64,000 nt of DNA, taken from IMG/VR virus record IMGVR_UViG_3300025684_000011, one strand, 5' to 3'. A program made the position numbers and the translations under genes. This stretch comes from a virus. Below the pieces are notes generated by a model. It did not search any database, was not told the DNA's origin, and saw only the letters and a list, made by a program, of their open reading frames with translations. Each line of letters opens with the position of its first letter. Positions within the stretch are counted from its first letter, which is position 1. Positions 39,535 to 49,580 of the stretch are shown here, one piece after another.

Positions 39535-39570
39535 GCTAACAATGTCACCCAAAAACTAATATATACTAAC

Positions 39571-40512
39571 ATGGAATATGGATTAGACAACAAACAAGAA
39601 TTTTATGTTGATTATACATCTTGTACTAGACCAGTAGGTAACATGCGAGATGAAATGGAAATTGCATGTACTAACTTAGCAGAAGATGCACAAAGTAGAA
39701 ATACTTCTGTACTCATCAGCCTTAGTAGTGGATTAGATAGTCAGGTATTGTTGCACACATTTCATTCTTTAGGACTGCCATTTAGTACAGCCTTCTGCCA
39801 TTGGCCAGGTTATAATGATAACGAACGTAGTAATATAGATATACTAGATAAGAAGTATGATAATAAAACTACTATTATTGAAATTAATCCAGATGATCAT
39901 AAAGAAGAAGTTGAAAAACTAGCAATCAGTACTGGAATCCCAGCAGAACATCATTTAATGAAAATGTTTTTAAATCAACTACCAAATGAATTAGATATAT
40001 TACAAGGTATTGAAAGTTTTGATTTTATATTCCGTAATAAAAAAACATATTGTATGGAAAGTTGGACTGCAATAGAAATAGCAAGTCAAAGAGCATTACA
40101 AGAAGTTAACCGTGAAGGTAAGATAGTATCAATTGACAGACGTTCTAAGTTTAACGAGTTTACACTAGCATTGTTAAGTGATTCAATAGTTGAAGGCTAT
40201 TGTAATTCTATTAGGTATATTGCTGGCAATGGTTTAATTGAGAAAAAATCAGGAGAGTCACCTCCTTTAATATTTTCATGGGAATATTATGTCAAACCTT
40301 TGTTATATGGTTTATATTGGAAAGGTGAATTAGAGTTATTTCCAAAAGATGTTAGTGCAAATAATATTGCCTGGATAATGAATCCAAGCGACAGCAGGTT
40401 GAGACATAACTATAAAAATAAATGCGCCTATGTTGAGAGGAACGAATTAATAAACCATCTAAAAGATTTTGGGTCTAATAAGACTCGTAGATGGCATCAG
40501 TATAAAGGATAA
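39571..40512 (+). CDS. PP-loop (adenine nucleotide alpha-hydrolase) protein
   Basis: LISLSSGLDSQ motif. Confidence 0.7.
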   Translation: MEYGLDNKQEFYVDYTSCTRPVGNMRDEMEIACTNLAEDAQSRNTSVLISLSSGLDSQVLLHTFHSLGLPFSTAFCHWPGYNDNERSNIDILDKKYDNKTTIIEINPDDHKEEVEKLAISTGIPAEHHLMKMFLNQLPNELDILQGIESFDFIFRNKKTYCMESWTAIEIASQRALQEVNREGKIVSIDRRSKFNEFTLALLSDSIVEGYCNSIRYIAGNGLIEKKSGESPPLIFSWEYYVKPLLYGLYWKGELELFPKDVSANNIAWIMNPSDSRLRHNYKNKCAYVERNELINHLKDFGSNKTRRWHQYKG

Positions 40513-40516
40513 AAAT

Positions 40517-41827
40517 ATGCCGGCACCACTTATAGATCCAAACGGATCTTTACCAGAAAAGAATATAATTGTAAATCCTTATATTAATAAGAAGTTAGGA
40601 TATTATATTGTAGACGGTTTTGAGTTTGATTCAAAAATTAGAGCAGGATTACATTCTGTTAAAGTGAATAAGCCAGTACAATGGATATTTAACAACAAAG
40701 AATTTAGATCTCATGACTGGAGTGTTGAACCTAGTGAAACTTTAGATCAGTTATATGATGCAAGAGCTTTTGACCTAAGAGTAAAATATGATTACCTTAT
40801 TTTAAGTTTTAGTGGAGGAAGCGATTCTTGGAATATTTATAAAGCATTTCAACGACAAGGCTTACACATTGACGAGGTAATTGTTAATACAATGTCTAAG
40901 GCAAGTAAAGGATTAGTAACAGATACCAGTACTAAAGCATTTAATGCTCCTGAAAGCGAACATGTAAGAAATACAATACCTAGGCTTAAAGAAATACAAA
41001 AAGAAATGCCTATGACAAAGATTACTGTTACTGATCAAAGTGACTATCTGTTTGAAAGCCTAGAGGCGGCCGGAGATGCTAGTTGGGTATTAGAGAAACG
41101 TGAGGGATTGAATCCTGCAGGTATTACTAGATTCAATTATTTGCATTTTATGGAAGTAAGAAAGAGATTTGATAAAGATAAAAAGATAGGGCTGATAGTT
41201 GGTATTGAAAAGCCTAGAACACTTGTTCACCAAGGACGTTTCTTTGTTAGATTTGCAGACAGAAGTACCAATATGATTACAGTAGCAGAACATTTAAAAG
41301 ACTATCCTAATTCAACAGTTGAATTCTTTTACTGGTCTCCAGATTGTGTTCCTTTGCTTATTAAACAAGCTCATGTTGTTAAGAAATACCTTGAGGCTAA
41401 TCCTTCTATGCAAGTTCATTTCAATAGTGAAAATTCTACAGGAAAAGTATATAGATTATTGCACGAGCCTTTACTTAGAAACTTATTATACAGTACCTGG
41501 GATCAACGTTGGTTCCAAGCAGAGAAAGCAGTATTAGATTGGGATAGTGAATTTGATCAATGGTTTAGAGTTGGTTATCAAGATACTAAAGCATATCAAA
41601 TTTGGATGGAAGGTCTAAAGTATGTAGCAGACAACTTAAAGCCCTTTCTACGTTATGTAGAAGATCCTGATAATGATATATGGAATACTAGTGTAATGAA
41701 TTCTTTTATTGATAGGGGTGATGAATTAGTTGGACAACGTCCGGATGGTTTGGCTCCGGTCCTTCATAACTACGAAGTTGGTAGAATGAAAGTAACCGGG
41801 CCAGGTGTTAATACGTTTATGCGTTAG
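40517..41827 (+). CDS. PP-loop (adenine nucleotide alpha-hydrolase) protein
   Basis: YDYLILSFSGGSDSWN, HIDEV, GIEKP, EFFYWSPD, KQAH. Confidence 0.75.
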   Translation: MPAPLIDPNGSLPEKNIIVNPYINKKLGYYIVDGFEFDSKIRAGLHSVKVNKPVQWIFNNKEFRSHDWSVEPSETLDQLYDARAFDLRVKYDYLILSFSGGSDSWNIYKAFQRQGLHIDEVIVNTMSKASKGLVTDTSTKAFNAPESEHVRNTIPRLKEIQKEMPMTKITVTDQSDYLFESLEAAGDASWVLEKREGLNPAGITRFNYLHFMEVRKRFDKDKKIGLIVGIEKPRTLVHQGRFFVRFADRSTNMITVAEHLKDYPNSTVEFFYWSPDCVPLLIKQAHVVKKYLEANPSMQVHFNSENSTGKVYRLLHEPLLRNLLYSTWDQRWFQAEKAVLDWDSEFDQWFRVGYQDTKAYQIWMEGLKYVADNLKPFLRYVEDPDNDIWNTSVMNSFIDRGDELVGQRPDGLAPVLHNYEVGRMKVTGPGVNTFMR

Positions 41828-42744
41828 TTCTTCTGTAATGGAATATTATTGTCTATTAAAAATGCTTTTAATTTAACATTATTACGGAAAGCAAAAAGTT
41901 TTGTTTCTAAGTCTGTTCCTGCAATAGGAAACAATCCAATATTTTTAAGTCCTTGAACAAACTCTTTTCTCTTAAAAACATTGCTAATATCTTCTTTAAT
42001 ACTATCTAAGTTAGGCGACTTCCTTGATGCAATTAATCCAATAGGACTAACAAACGGAAACTCTTCCTTATACACATCTTGCCATGTAGGAATGTCTAAT
42101 CCTAGATCTTGACTTGACATAATGCTTGTAATATTAGCATCTAAATGATTTTTCACAGTTGGATAGTTTGCAAACATGCAATCAATATTACCTGCTAGTA
42201 AATCACTCAAAGCAGTAGTTCCTCCTTTGGCATAAGGAATAACCTTACTTTCAATTTTTAACTTTTTAATTAGTACTTCTGTAGCCAAATGTTCACTACT
42301 TCCGTAACCCGCGGCACCAAATAAAATTCTTCCCTTATCAAAGTTTTCTAAGTCTGCAACTGTTGACATTTTTCTATCATCATTACAAACTAATACATTA
42401 GGCATTGTAGCAACAACACCAACTAGTTCAAAGTCTTTAATAGGATCATATGGTAAATCTTTAAACCTAATTTCGTTAGTAACATAGATTTGTGCCATTG
42501 TGGCTGTAATAATAGCATTATTAGTTGTTAACATATGTTTGATTGCAATTTTACCTGCGGCACCTGGCCGGTTTACAACATTATATTTGTTATTAGAATC
42601 AACAACATTTCTTTCAATTAATCTTGTAGTTTGATCACTTGGGCCTCCAGGTCCGTGATGTACTGTAAATTCAATGTCCGCGGCGGAGGCAGTTGAAACA
42701 GCAAATGCCATAATTGCGGCACTAATTAAAATATTTTTAATCAT
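41824..42744 (-). CDS. tctC: tripartite tricarboxylate transporter binding protein (TctC/Bug)
   Basis: Signal peptide, PGGPSD, NRPGAAG, YDPIKDF, GSSEHL, PYAKGG. Confidence 0.88.
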   Translation of the reverse strand: MIKNILISAAIMAFAVSTASAADIEFTVHHGPGGPSDQTTRLIERNVVDSNNKYNVVNRPGAAGKIAIKHMLTTNNAIITATMAQIYVTNEIRFKDLPYDPIKDFELVGVVATMPNVLVCNDDRKMSTVADLENFDKGRILFGAAGYGSSEHLATEVLIKKLKIESKVIPYAKGGTTALSDLLAGNIDCMFANYPTVKNHLDANITSIMSSQDLGLDIPTWQDVYKEEFPFVSPIGLIASRKSPNLDSIKEDISNVFKRKEFVQGLKNIGLFPIAGTDLETKLFAFRNNVKLKAFLIDNNIPLQKN

Positions 42745-42837
42745 GTATCTTTCTTCTCTTTTAGGTTGACTTCTGAGTCAATATGTAGTAGTATATATGT
42801 AATTTGTAACCTGAGTGTTTTCCAAGAAAGCAGAAAC

Positions 42838-43146
42838 ATGACATATGATAAAAAACTAGACGAGAAGATTGCTGACTTAAACTCTACGAGAGTTTACAAA
42901 AAGACAACACCTCTATATACTACTGATTGGTATATTAAGTGGATAGCATCATTTGTAATACTATTAGCAGTTATGTGTCGTAGTGTTGACGAAGTTCCAA
43001 AGATATACGATCTTGTACTATCCTTTATAGGTTGCTCTGGTTGGTGTATGGTTGGATATATTTGGCATGATAGAGCCTTACTGGTATTGAATTCAGTACT
43101 GCTATTTGTACTAGGATCAGGGATCTTAACATACATATTTAAATAG
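42838..43146 (+). CDS. small membrane protein (DUF6552-like)
   Basis: DWYIKWIAS...WHDRALLVLN; three hydrophobic helices. Confidence 0.65.
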   Translation: MTYDKKLDEKIADLNSTRVYKKTTPLYTTDWYIKWIASFVILLAVMCRSVDEVPKIYDLVLSFIGCSGWCMVGYIWHDRALLVLNSVLLFVLGSGILTYIFK

Positions 43147-43181
43147 TCAATCCGGTAAATAGCTGTACGGAGGATATTTAA

Positions 43182-43613
43182 ATGGATGCAACAAAACTTG
43201 GATTTGATTTTGCAGAACTTATAACACCTGGTTTAACAGTTTTAATCGCATTAGTGTTTACTATGTGGTTCAAAGATCTAGCAACAAAAATAGCAAAAGG
43301 TGCAATGTTTAAAATGAACAGAGCATTTGACGAAGGCGATTCTGTTATTATTGATGGTGCTGATGCAGTTATTGTTCGTATCGGACTAACAGAAACAGTT
43401 TTTGGAATCTACGGAGAAAAAGGTTACACTTGGAGATATGTTCCTAACGAACGTATACCTTTTTTAAAGTTAGAAAAGATTGTTAACAAAGATGTACATC
43501 TAGATACTCCTATGGAAAAGGCTTTACAAATACAAAAACAACTTGATGAATTACAAAATCAACGTATCAGTGAAAACCAAGCAAAGATAGACGAAATCAC
43601 AAAAAAGAAGTAG
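43182..43613 (+). CDS. MscS-like membrane protein (short)
   Basis: TM helix, FDEGD.VII.G...VRIGLTET...VPN. Confidence 0.65.
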   Translation: MDATKLGFDFAELITPGLTVLIALVFTMWFKDLATKIAKGAMFKMNRAFDEGDSVIIDGADAVIVRIGLTETVFGIYGEKGYTWRYVPNERIPFLKLEKIVNKDVHLDTPMEKALQIQKQLDELQNQRISENQAKIDEITKKK

Positions 43614-43617
43614 ATAA

Positions 43618-44058
43618 ATGTCATACAGTATTACAAACCGTGATAAACGTGTCATGGATTTTCTACGGCGTTCTGCAATAGACAATGAAGGTTACGGAAA
43701 TGCTAAAATTGCATCTGCAATATCTATCAAAGGAAAAATTATAAGTTTAGGACATAATTCACCTAAGACTCATCCTTTCCAATCTTTGTACGGAAAAAAT
43801 GCTGAGGCAGTATATCTTCATGCAGAAACTAGTGCTATTTCTAATAGTCTTAATCATATGGGCAAGACAGAGCTAGAAAAGGCAACTATATATGTATACA
43901 GGGTTAAACGTCCTGTAGATAATGTTAAAATTTGGTCGTCTGGATTATCAAAGCCTTGCGAAGGATGTATGAGAGCAATTACTGATTTTAATATTAAAAG
44001 AATTGTTTATAGTACAGATGAGGATACCAGGTTTGAAGTATACAAAAGAACAAATTAA
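43618..44058 (+). CDS. CMP/dCMP-type deaminase
   Basis: HAE...SKPCEGC zinc motif. Confidence 0.8.
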   Translation: MSYSITNRDKRVMDFLRRSAIDNEGYGNAKIASAISIKGKIISLGHNSPKTHPFQSLYGKNAEAVYLHAETSAISNSLNHMGKTELEKATIYVYRVKRPVDNVKIWSSGLSKPCEGCMRAITDFNIKRIVYSTDEDTRFEVYKRTN

Positions 44059-44173
44059 CAGACTACTAAGAAATGCTAGAATTGCCTATGATACATGTAA
44101 AGGTGATTGGGGTAAAAATTATTGGTCAAATGTTTTATATCAATTACAGAAGAAATTTAATTTGTTAAACTAG
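44033..44173 (+). CDS. small hypothetical protein (absent from ORF track)
   Basis: TTG start with GAGGA SD: MKYTKEQINRLLRNARIAYDTCKGDWGKNYWSNVLYQLQKKFNLLN. Confidence 0.5.
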   Translation: MKYTKEQINRLLRNARIAYDTCKGDWGKNYWSNVLYQLQKKFNLLN

Positions 44174-44821
44174 GTAACCTTTTTTGTCTAAACGTTCTAC
44201 AAGTTCTGTCCATGGAATTTGTGGTTCAAGTTCAACAGTAATATTAACTCTATGTTCTTGTATATCATCTAGATCTAATTTATGAGCCTTATCAACATGG
44301 TTCCAGCAAGGTCCAGGATCTTGTTCAACATGTACTGGTTCGCCCCAGTCACCATCTCCTGCCAAATAACTAAAACCTCGTTCCATCCTTTGTGTTTTAC
44401 TATTCCATTGCTCAAATTTTCTTTCTAGCATTTTAGGATCTTCTACGCCAGTTTTCCACCAACTTATTTTAGCACCAACAATTCCTTGTATTGGTACGTT
44501 TAGCCTAGCAATCATAGGTATATCAAATTTATGTGCGTCACAATGTGGTTTTGCGGCATGAGCACCTTTATAACCAATAAACAAACAAAATCTTCTAAAG
44601 CCTAATTCTAATTCTTCTACATGATCTTTCATACGTTTACCAATAGGACTGTTATCAAATATAGCCTGATCTAAATTTGCTTTATCAAATTTTGCTCCGT
44701 ACTTTTCATATAATTTATCTAGTGCTACCTGTGCATGTGGCATTAAGTCAGTTTTAGCCCATTCCAACTCTTCTTTAGTTGGTTCTAAGTGTGGCATTGG
44801 TATATGATAATCTAAGTTCAT
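44165..44821 (-). CDS. putative Fe(II)/2OG-type oxygenase
   Basis: PHCD...RLNVP...WW...AHKL...RVNI; same pattern as 34972 and 52329. Confidence 0.6.
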   Translation of the reverse strand: MNLDYHIPMPHLEPTKEELEWAKTDLMPHAQVALDKLYEKYGAKFDKANLDQAIFDNSPIGKRMKDHVEELELGFRRFCLFIGYKGAHAAKPHCDAHKFDIPMIARLNVPIQGIVGAKISWWKTGVEDPKMLERKFEQWNSKTQRMERGFSYLAGDGDWGEPVHVEQDPGPCWNHVDKAHKLDLDDIQEHRVNITVELEPQIPWTELVERLDKKGYLV

Positions 44822-45576
44822 TTAATGTTGTTTCCATATTTTTCAATACTACGGTCTAATAGTTCTTCGTAACCTTTCCATTCCCAACTAAGACTAATAC
44901 TACACAGAATTTTACTATAGAAACTACCATCTTCTTTTTGTAGTTTATGAGCTCCATGACACCATGTATCATTGTTGTAAACAAAGGCACTACTTTCTAA
45001 ACCTCTTGTTTCAACATAACAAGCTCTTTCTGTATCAAATGGAATTCTTTCTGCTCCAATACCTTGTGATCCTTTGCCTAATGGCTGTAACCAGAATGTT
45101 GGTGTAGGATTTTCGTCTTGTATCATAATTCTGAGACTATTTGGATAAGGTAACTGCTCGTTTTTATCTTTGTGTATTCCAATAGGTCGTTGGTTACTCC
45201 AAAATAATATTTGACTTATTCCGTTTGTTGGAATGTTTGTATGAAGGTAATCAATAAACTTAGGTAGTATATTTTTACCATCTATCATTGGTTTTGTCCA
45301 ACGGTCATCTGCTCCTGGGCTATCAATAATATTAATGCCATTCCAATTTGGCATTGTATATTCATTTAGTTTTCCTGTCAGTTTATGCATACGTTCTGCT
45401 TCTTCAGGACTATCAGTATATCTCTCATCTGGTTTTAATCTAACAATAGGAGCATTATGTTCGTTCCACATTGCTTGAAAACCATCGTCCATAACAATGG
45501 GAGGAATGTCTAAAACCACAAATGGAATTCCTTTATATTTCTCCGCAAAGTGTCTTGGATAGTTACTGTTTCTCAT
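44818..45576 (-). CDS. putative Fe(II)/2OG-type oxygenase
   Basis: IGIHKD...R...FVYNN...HGA...K; ATG 45576 lies 5 nt after TAAATA. Confidence 0.6.
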   Translation of the reverse strand: MRNSNYPRHFAEKYKGIPFVVLDIPPIVMDDGFQAMWNEHNAPIVRLKPDERYTDSPEEAERMHKLTGKLNEYTMPNWNGINIIDSPGADDRWTKPMIDGKNILPKFIDYLHTNIPTNGISQILFWSNQRPIGIHKDKNEQLPYPNSLRIMIQDENPTPTFWLQPLGKGSQGIGAERIPFDTERACYVETRGLESSAFVYNNDTWCHGAHKLQKEDGSFYSKILCSISLSWEWKGYEELLDRSIEKYGNNIK

Positions 45577-45651
45577 ACTACTATTTATATTTAGGTAATA
45601 CAAGGGTTGCTCAAAACTATAATTACTAGTATAAAAACATTGGGGACTACA

Positions 45652-45846
45652 TTGGCAGAAAATAAAAAACCTAAAGCACAAAAAACAACAGAAGAAGAAA
45701 TTGCAGAATTTCTAGCAAAAGGTGGAGTAATAAAAAAGATTCCAATGGGAGAAAAAGGATATACTGCCGTTAATGTTTGGGGCAGGCGTGTTAAGAAGCC
45801 AGACACAGAAACACCTTCTAAGACTACTAAAACTAAGAAAAAGTAA
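45652..45846 (+). CDS. SutA-like RNA-polymerase-binding small protein
   Basis: EEEIAEFLAKGGVIKKIPMG resembles the SutA core motif; TTG start inferred. Confidence 0.55.
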   Translation: MAENKKPKAQKTTEEEIAEFLAKGGVIKKIPMGEKGYTAVNVWGRRVKKPDTETPSKTTKTKKK

Positions 45847-45888
45847 TAGTACGCCTTTAACTCAATATAAAACTATTTTAAATATTAG

Positions 45889-46047
45889 ATGAAAAACATA
45901 ATCTCATTCGTAGGTGTCTTTCATATGTGTGTTGGCCTATTTTTCTATACATTTTTATGGGTAGAATATCCTCCCTTAATGTATATGATGTTAATATGGG
46001 CAATTCCTGCTTGGCTAGTTTTATTATATAATTCTGCTACTAAATAA
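45889..46047 (+). CDS. small membrane protein (absent from ORF track)
   Basis: 52 aa, two hydrophobic helices, TAAATA just upstream. Confidence 0.45.
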   Translation: MKNIISFVGVFHMCVGLFFYTFLWVEYPPLMYMMLIWAIPAWLVLLYNSATK

Positions 46048-46112
46048 TTGGTAAGGCAAACTTATAAAGAAATGTTAAGTAACATTATAAGAAAATTCGT
46101 AGGAGAATACAC

Positions 46113-46478
46113 ATGGCAGAATATTGGGGTTATCATACACTCTTTGACTGTTTACACGGCGATATTGATAAAGTACGTTCTGGAGAAAATATTAAAAACT
46201 TCATAGAAGAACTAGTTGATGCTATCGGAATGAAAGCATATGGTGATCCTATAATTGAACATTTTGCAACACATGATCCAGATGCGGCAGGACATAGTTT
46301 AGTTCAACTAATTGAAACAAGTTCTATAACAGGACATTTCGTTGATAAAAACGGAGACCTTTATATAGATGTGTTTTCCTGTATGGAATATGATGTACAA
46401 GTAGCACAGTCTGTTGTACAAAAATATTTTTCTCCTGAAAGAATTAGAGTAAATTACTTAACTAGACAGGCTAGTTAA
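46113..46478 (+). CDS. speD: S-adenosylmethionine decarboxylase proenzyme
   Basis: WGYH...D, LIETSSITGHF, YIDVFSC. Confidence 0.85.
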   Translation: MAEYWGYHTLFDCLHGDIDKVRSGENIKNFIEELVDAIGMKAYGDPIIEHFATHDPDAAGHSLVQLIETSSITGHFVDKNGDLYIDVFSCMEYDVQVAQSVVQKYFSPERIRVNYLTRQAS

Positions 46479-46479
46479 T

Positions 46480-46752
46480 ATGTCAAAGAAAAAATACCCC
46501 TTCTGGGCTAGAGCAAATCATCACTTAGATCATTCTAATATGGGATATTGGTATCACCTTTGGCATTCGTTTTATAACGGAAGTAGACTTTTGATATTTG
46601 TTCTAACCAGTTATATTCATGGTATTTTTCCTTGGTTGTTTAAGTTTCATGCCGCCCACGGAGTCATTCGTATTAATGAGGAATTAAAAAGAATGCCTCA
46701 TTTAAAAAAGGCAATGGACGAGATAGCAGAAGAGTATAAAAAGAAGGATTAA
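46480..46752 (+). CDS. DUF6356-like protein
   Basis: HL....MGYWYH...IHGIFPWLF. Confidence 0.6.
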   Translation: MSKKKYPFWARANHHLDHSNMGYWYHLWHSFYNGSRLLIFVLTSYIHGIFPWLFKFHAAHGVIRINEELKRMPHLKKAMDEIAEEYKKKD

Positions 46753-46755
46753 GTT

Positions 46756-47556
46756 TTGTCTTGGGGTAACCAAATTAAAGAGAAGGTCTCTTTCTTCCAT
46801 ATGAATGCATGGAAAAGAAGGCCTAATGCTAATATATTTTATAGTCCAGGAGTTGACAGATGTTTTGCAGTCGACACCTTTGATCCTTATACAGCATTTG
46901 ATGTTGCTAAGATATTAAGCAGTAAAATGCCAGCCATTGCGGTAATTGTATTACATTTTGAAGATAGAACAGATGTTAACAATAGTAATGTTACAGATTT
47001 TACAATAACAGATAAACAAGTGATTGGAGGAGCCGCTGGATTATTATTCAGTAGGCAGACTCCTGTATTTAGAAAAATGCAAAAGCCAGTTTTAGAATTC
47101 TGTGAAAGTATGCCTTTAGATTATATGCCAGGCTCAAATGGATATGATACTTTTATGAAGTTCTCAGAATATACTAAATTTGTAATACGTTGTTGGCATG
47201 CAACAAAATTGTTTGATATGGTGCATAACTTTTTACCAATGGAAGAGTTTGCAAACGAATATCTTTCTGGAGAAGTACCAGACGATATGTGCTTACCAGC
47301 AGATAGTAGTAACACAACAACATCTGACTTAGGACCTAAAAATGAAATTCGTAGAATACTTTATAATGCAGATTCTATAGACGAAGCAATGTCTAAGATT
47401 GCTGATATGTGGAGAAATAACAATACTCCACATTCCTTTCCTATGCGAAAGATGTTTTATGCAATACTTAATCACCCTGACTATCCAGAACCAGAAGATT
47501 TAGGTAAGTCACAATCAGATACTGATTTAACACATTACTCAGGTTATCTATTATGA
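46756..47556 (+). CDS. PP-loop partner protein, family B
   Basis: YSPGVDR...D..D..T...AKILSSK and RRILY....IDEA shared with the 58631 ORF. Confidence 0.72.
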   Translation: MSWGNQIKEKVSFFHMNAWKRRPNANIFYSPGVDRCFAVDTFDPYTAFDVAKILSSKMPAIAVIVLHFEDRTDVNNSNVTDFTITDKQVIGGAAGLLFSRQTPVFRKMQKPVLEFCESMPLDYMPGSNGYDTFMKFSEYTKFVIRCWHATKLFDMVHNFLPMEEFANEYLSGEVPDDMCLPADSSNTTTSDLGPKNEIRRILYNADSIDEAMSKIADMWRNNNTPHSFPMRKMFYAILNHPDYPEPEDLGKSQSDTDLTHYSGYLL

Positions 47557-48854
47557 ACTTAGATACAAAGTTATATTACACATCAGTTAATTGGGACGGC
47601 CAGGAAGGAAATAAGTTTTGGGAGAAAACTTACGACGAAGTAGGAGCAGGAGGCAAGTTTGTAATTGACTTTGCCAGAAGAATTAATCCAAATAGATTCT
47701 CTACAAGAGATAATTCAATATGGACACTTCCTTGGCCTGACGAGATTTTACCTAAGTACAAACTAGTTCAATACGATCCTAACTATACAGGTTCTTTTGC
47801 TGAAGCATCAGATAGTAAAGCAATGGAATATGCTAGACGTATTGATGAGAATAATGAGAAATTTGCTATCATGTATTCTGGAGGATTAGACTCAACAATC
47901 ATTACAACGGCGTTAATCAAAAATTTGACAAAAGAACAACTTAAAAACGTTTCTATCTGTACTAGTGTTCAGGCAGTAGTTGAAAATCCAAATTACTGGA
48001 GAAAGTTTATCTTTGGTAAATTCAAAATTATTGATTCAATGGTAAACAAATATGATACTTTACTAGAACTAGGATATACTCCAGTAACAGCAGATGACGG
48101 AGATTGTATTCATGGAACAGTATTAGGTTTAAACTTTTACCATGCATGGGAACAAAAGATTGGCGAAAGGTTAACAGCAGATCAAAGAGCTCATGTAAGA
48201 AACAACTTGCATAAACTTAGTGATAAAGACACACATTTTAGTGTATTTGAAGATGCATTAGTTGAGTACTTTCAGTATAGCAATACACCATGGTGGCCTG
48301 TTCCTAAGAATTTAAATCCAGATCCAATGTTTGGTCGTAAACTATACGACAAGTATGCCTTAAATGCAAAAACAGCATCTTGTCCTGTTATTAGTTTGCA
48401 AGATTTCTTTTGGTGGTTAATTTTTAATGTTAAAATGATAAACTGTGGAGTTCGAGGTGCAATGTATTATAACGATCGTTATGATATGAATATAGCAATA
48501 AACAAGATTGAGAATTGGTACTTATGGCCAGCATATCAACAGTGGTCAATGAATAACAATAATAACGGACAAAAAATTGGATACGGTGCTGGTACATATA
48601 AGAAAGTCGCAAGGGACTATATTTTTGAGTTAGATCAAAATATATGGTATAGAGATTTTAAGTTGAAACTTGAAAGTATGGGACAGAATAGTGTTCGTCA
48701 AAAAGTTGATACAACTGTTTATCCAAAACCCATGCATAGGTTTGGTATTACAACTGACTACAAGATGTTAGATGTATTAGATGTAAATGTACAAGATTAT
48801 ATTAAGCATCATTTGTCCAAATTTGAGATTACTTGGAGTGAGGAAACAAAATGA
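47553..48854 (+). CDS. PP-loop ATP pyrophosphatase, asparagine-synthetase C-domain-like (subtype B)
   Basis: NRFSTR, YSGGLDST, TADDGDCIHGT, DFFWWLIFNVK, YQQWSMNNN, TYK..ARDYI. Confidence 0.82.
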   Translation: MNLDTKLYYTSVNWDGQEGNKFWEKTYDEVGAGGKFVIDFARRINPNRFSTRDNSIWTLPWPDEILPKYKLVQYDPNYTGSFAEASDSKAMEYARRIDENNEKFAIMYSGGLDSTIITTALIKNLTKEQLKNVSICTSVQAVVENPNYWRKFIFGKFKIIDSMVNKYDTLLELGYTPVTADDGDCIHGTVLGLNFYHAWEQKIGERLTADQRAHVRNNLHKLSDKDTHFSVFEDALVEYFQYSNTPWWPVPKNLNPDPMFGRKLYDKYALNAKTASCPVISLQDFFWWLIFNVKMINCGVRGAMYYNDRYDMNIAINKIENWYLWPAYQQWSMNNNNNGQKIGYGAGTYKKVARDYIFELDQNIWYRDFKLKLESMGQNSVRQKVDTTVYPKPMHRFGITTDYKMLDVLDVNVQDYIKHHLSKFEITWSEETK

Positions 48855-49423
48855 GAATAAAAGGTAGAGTGAAGCAAGATGCTAAAGGTATGGATGTTCA
48901 AATATGGCACACAGATACCATTGGACAGGAACCACTTTTAACAGCATCTTATTATAGAGCAACATTATTTCTACTAGAAAAAGGTTGGGGTATGACTCCT
49001 TATGAACTAGCATCAAGTTCACATAGAGCAATATTTTTAACAACTACAACAGAACCAGAAGAATTTTTAGGTGGAGTTATTTGGGAATATCATTCTTATA
49101 ACAAACAGGCAATGATTGTTTTAATCTGGACAGAGGACAAGTGGAGAGGTAGACACTTATATACTTTACTACAACACGAACTTGAAAGAGAAAGTGTAAT
49201 ATGCGGAGGTACCAGTATTGCAAGTATGGCTCATGCTGATAACGAGCCAAGACTAAAAGCTGGAGCAAGAGAAGGTATGTTCCCTCAATTTCATAGACTT
49301 TATAAAGATCTATCTCCAGATCTATTTGAGAGAAAAAAGCAAATAGCCGAAGAAGCTGGAAAGCCCTGGAGAGAAATTAATCGAGACAGATATAAATTAG
49401 AATCTCGTATGACAACAAAATAG
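48851..49423 (+). CDS. GNAT-family N-acetyltransferase
   Basis: IWTEDKWRGRHLYTLL, HADN motifs. Confidence 0.7.
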   Translation: MRIKGRVKQDAKGMDVQIWHTDTIGQEPLLTASYYRATLFLLEKGWGMTPYELASSSHRAIFLTTTTEPEEFLGGVIWEYHSYNKQAMIVLIWTEDKWRGRHLYTLLQHELERESVICGGTSIASMAHADNEPRLKAGAREGMFPQFHRLYKDLSPDLFERKKQIAEEAGKPWREINRDRYKLESRMTTK

Positions 49424-49424
49424 G

Positions 49425-49453
49425 TTGACAGCAGTATTCTAATAGTGTATTAT
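49425..49453 (+). promoter_or_regulatory. sigma70-type promoter for tRNA-Arg
   Basis: TTGACA-17-TATTAT. Confidence 0.7.
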
Positions 49454-49472
49454 AAAGAACAATTTGGAGTAA

Positions 49473-49549
49473 CTGCCCTTAGCTCAGCTGGATAGAGCAA
49501 CTGCCTTCTAAGCAGTAGGTCGCAAGTTCGAATCTTGCAGGGCAGGCCA
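49473..49549 (+). tRNA. tRNA-Arg(UCU)
   Basis: CTGCCCT/AGGGCAG stem, ACTGC-CTTCTAA-GCAGT anticodon arm, CCA. Confidence 0.93.
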
Positions 49550-49580
49550 AATTACTTTGCCTTTGTTAATAAATAAAAGC

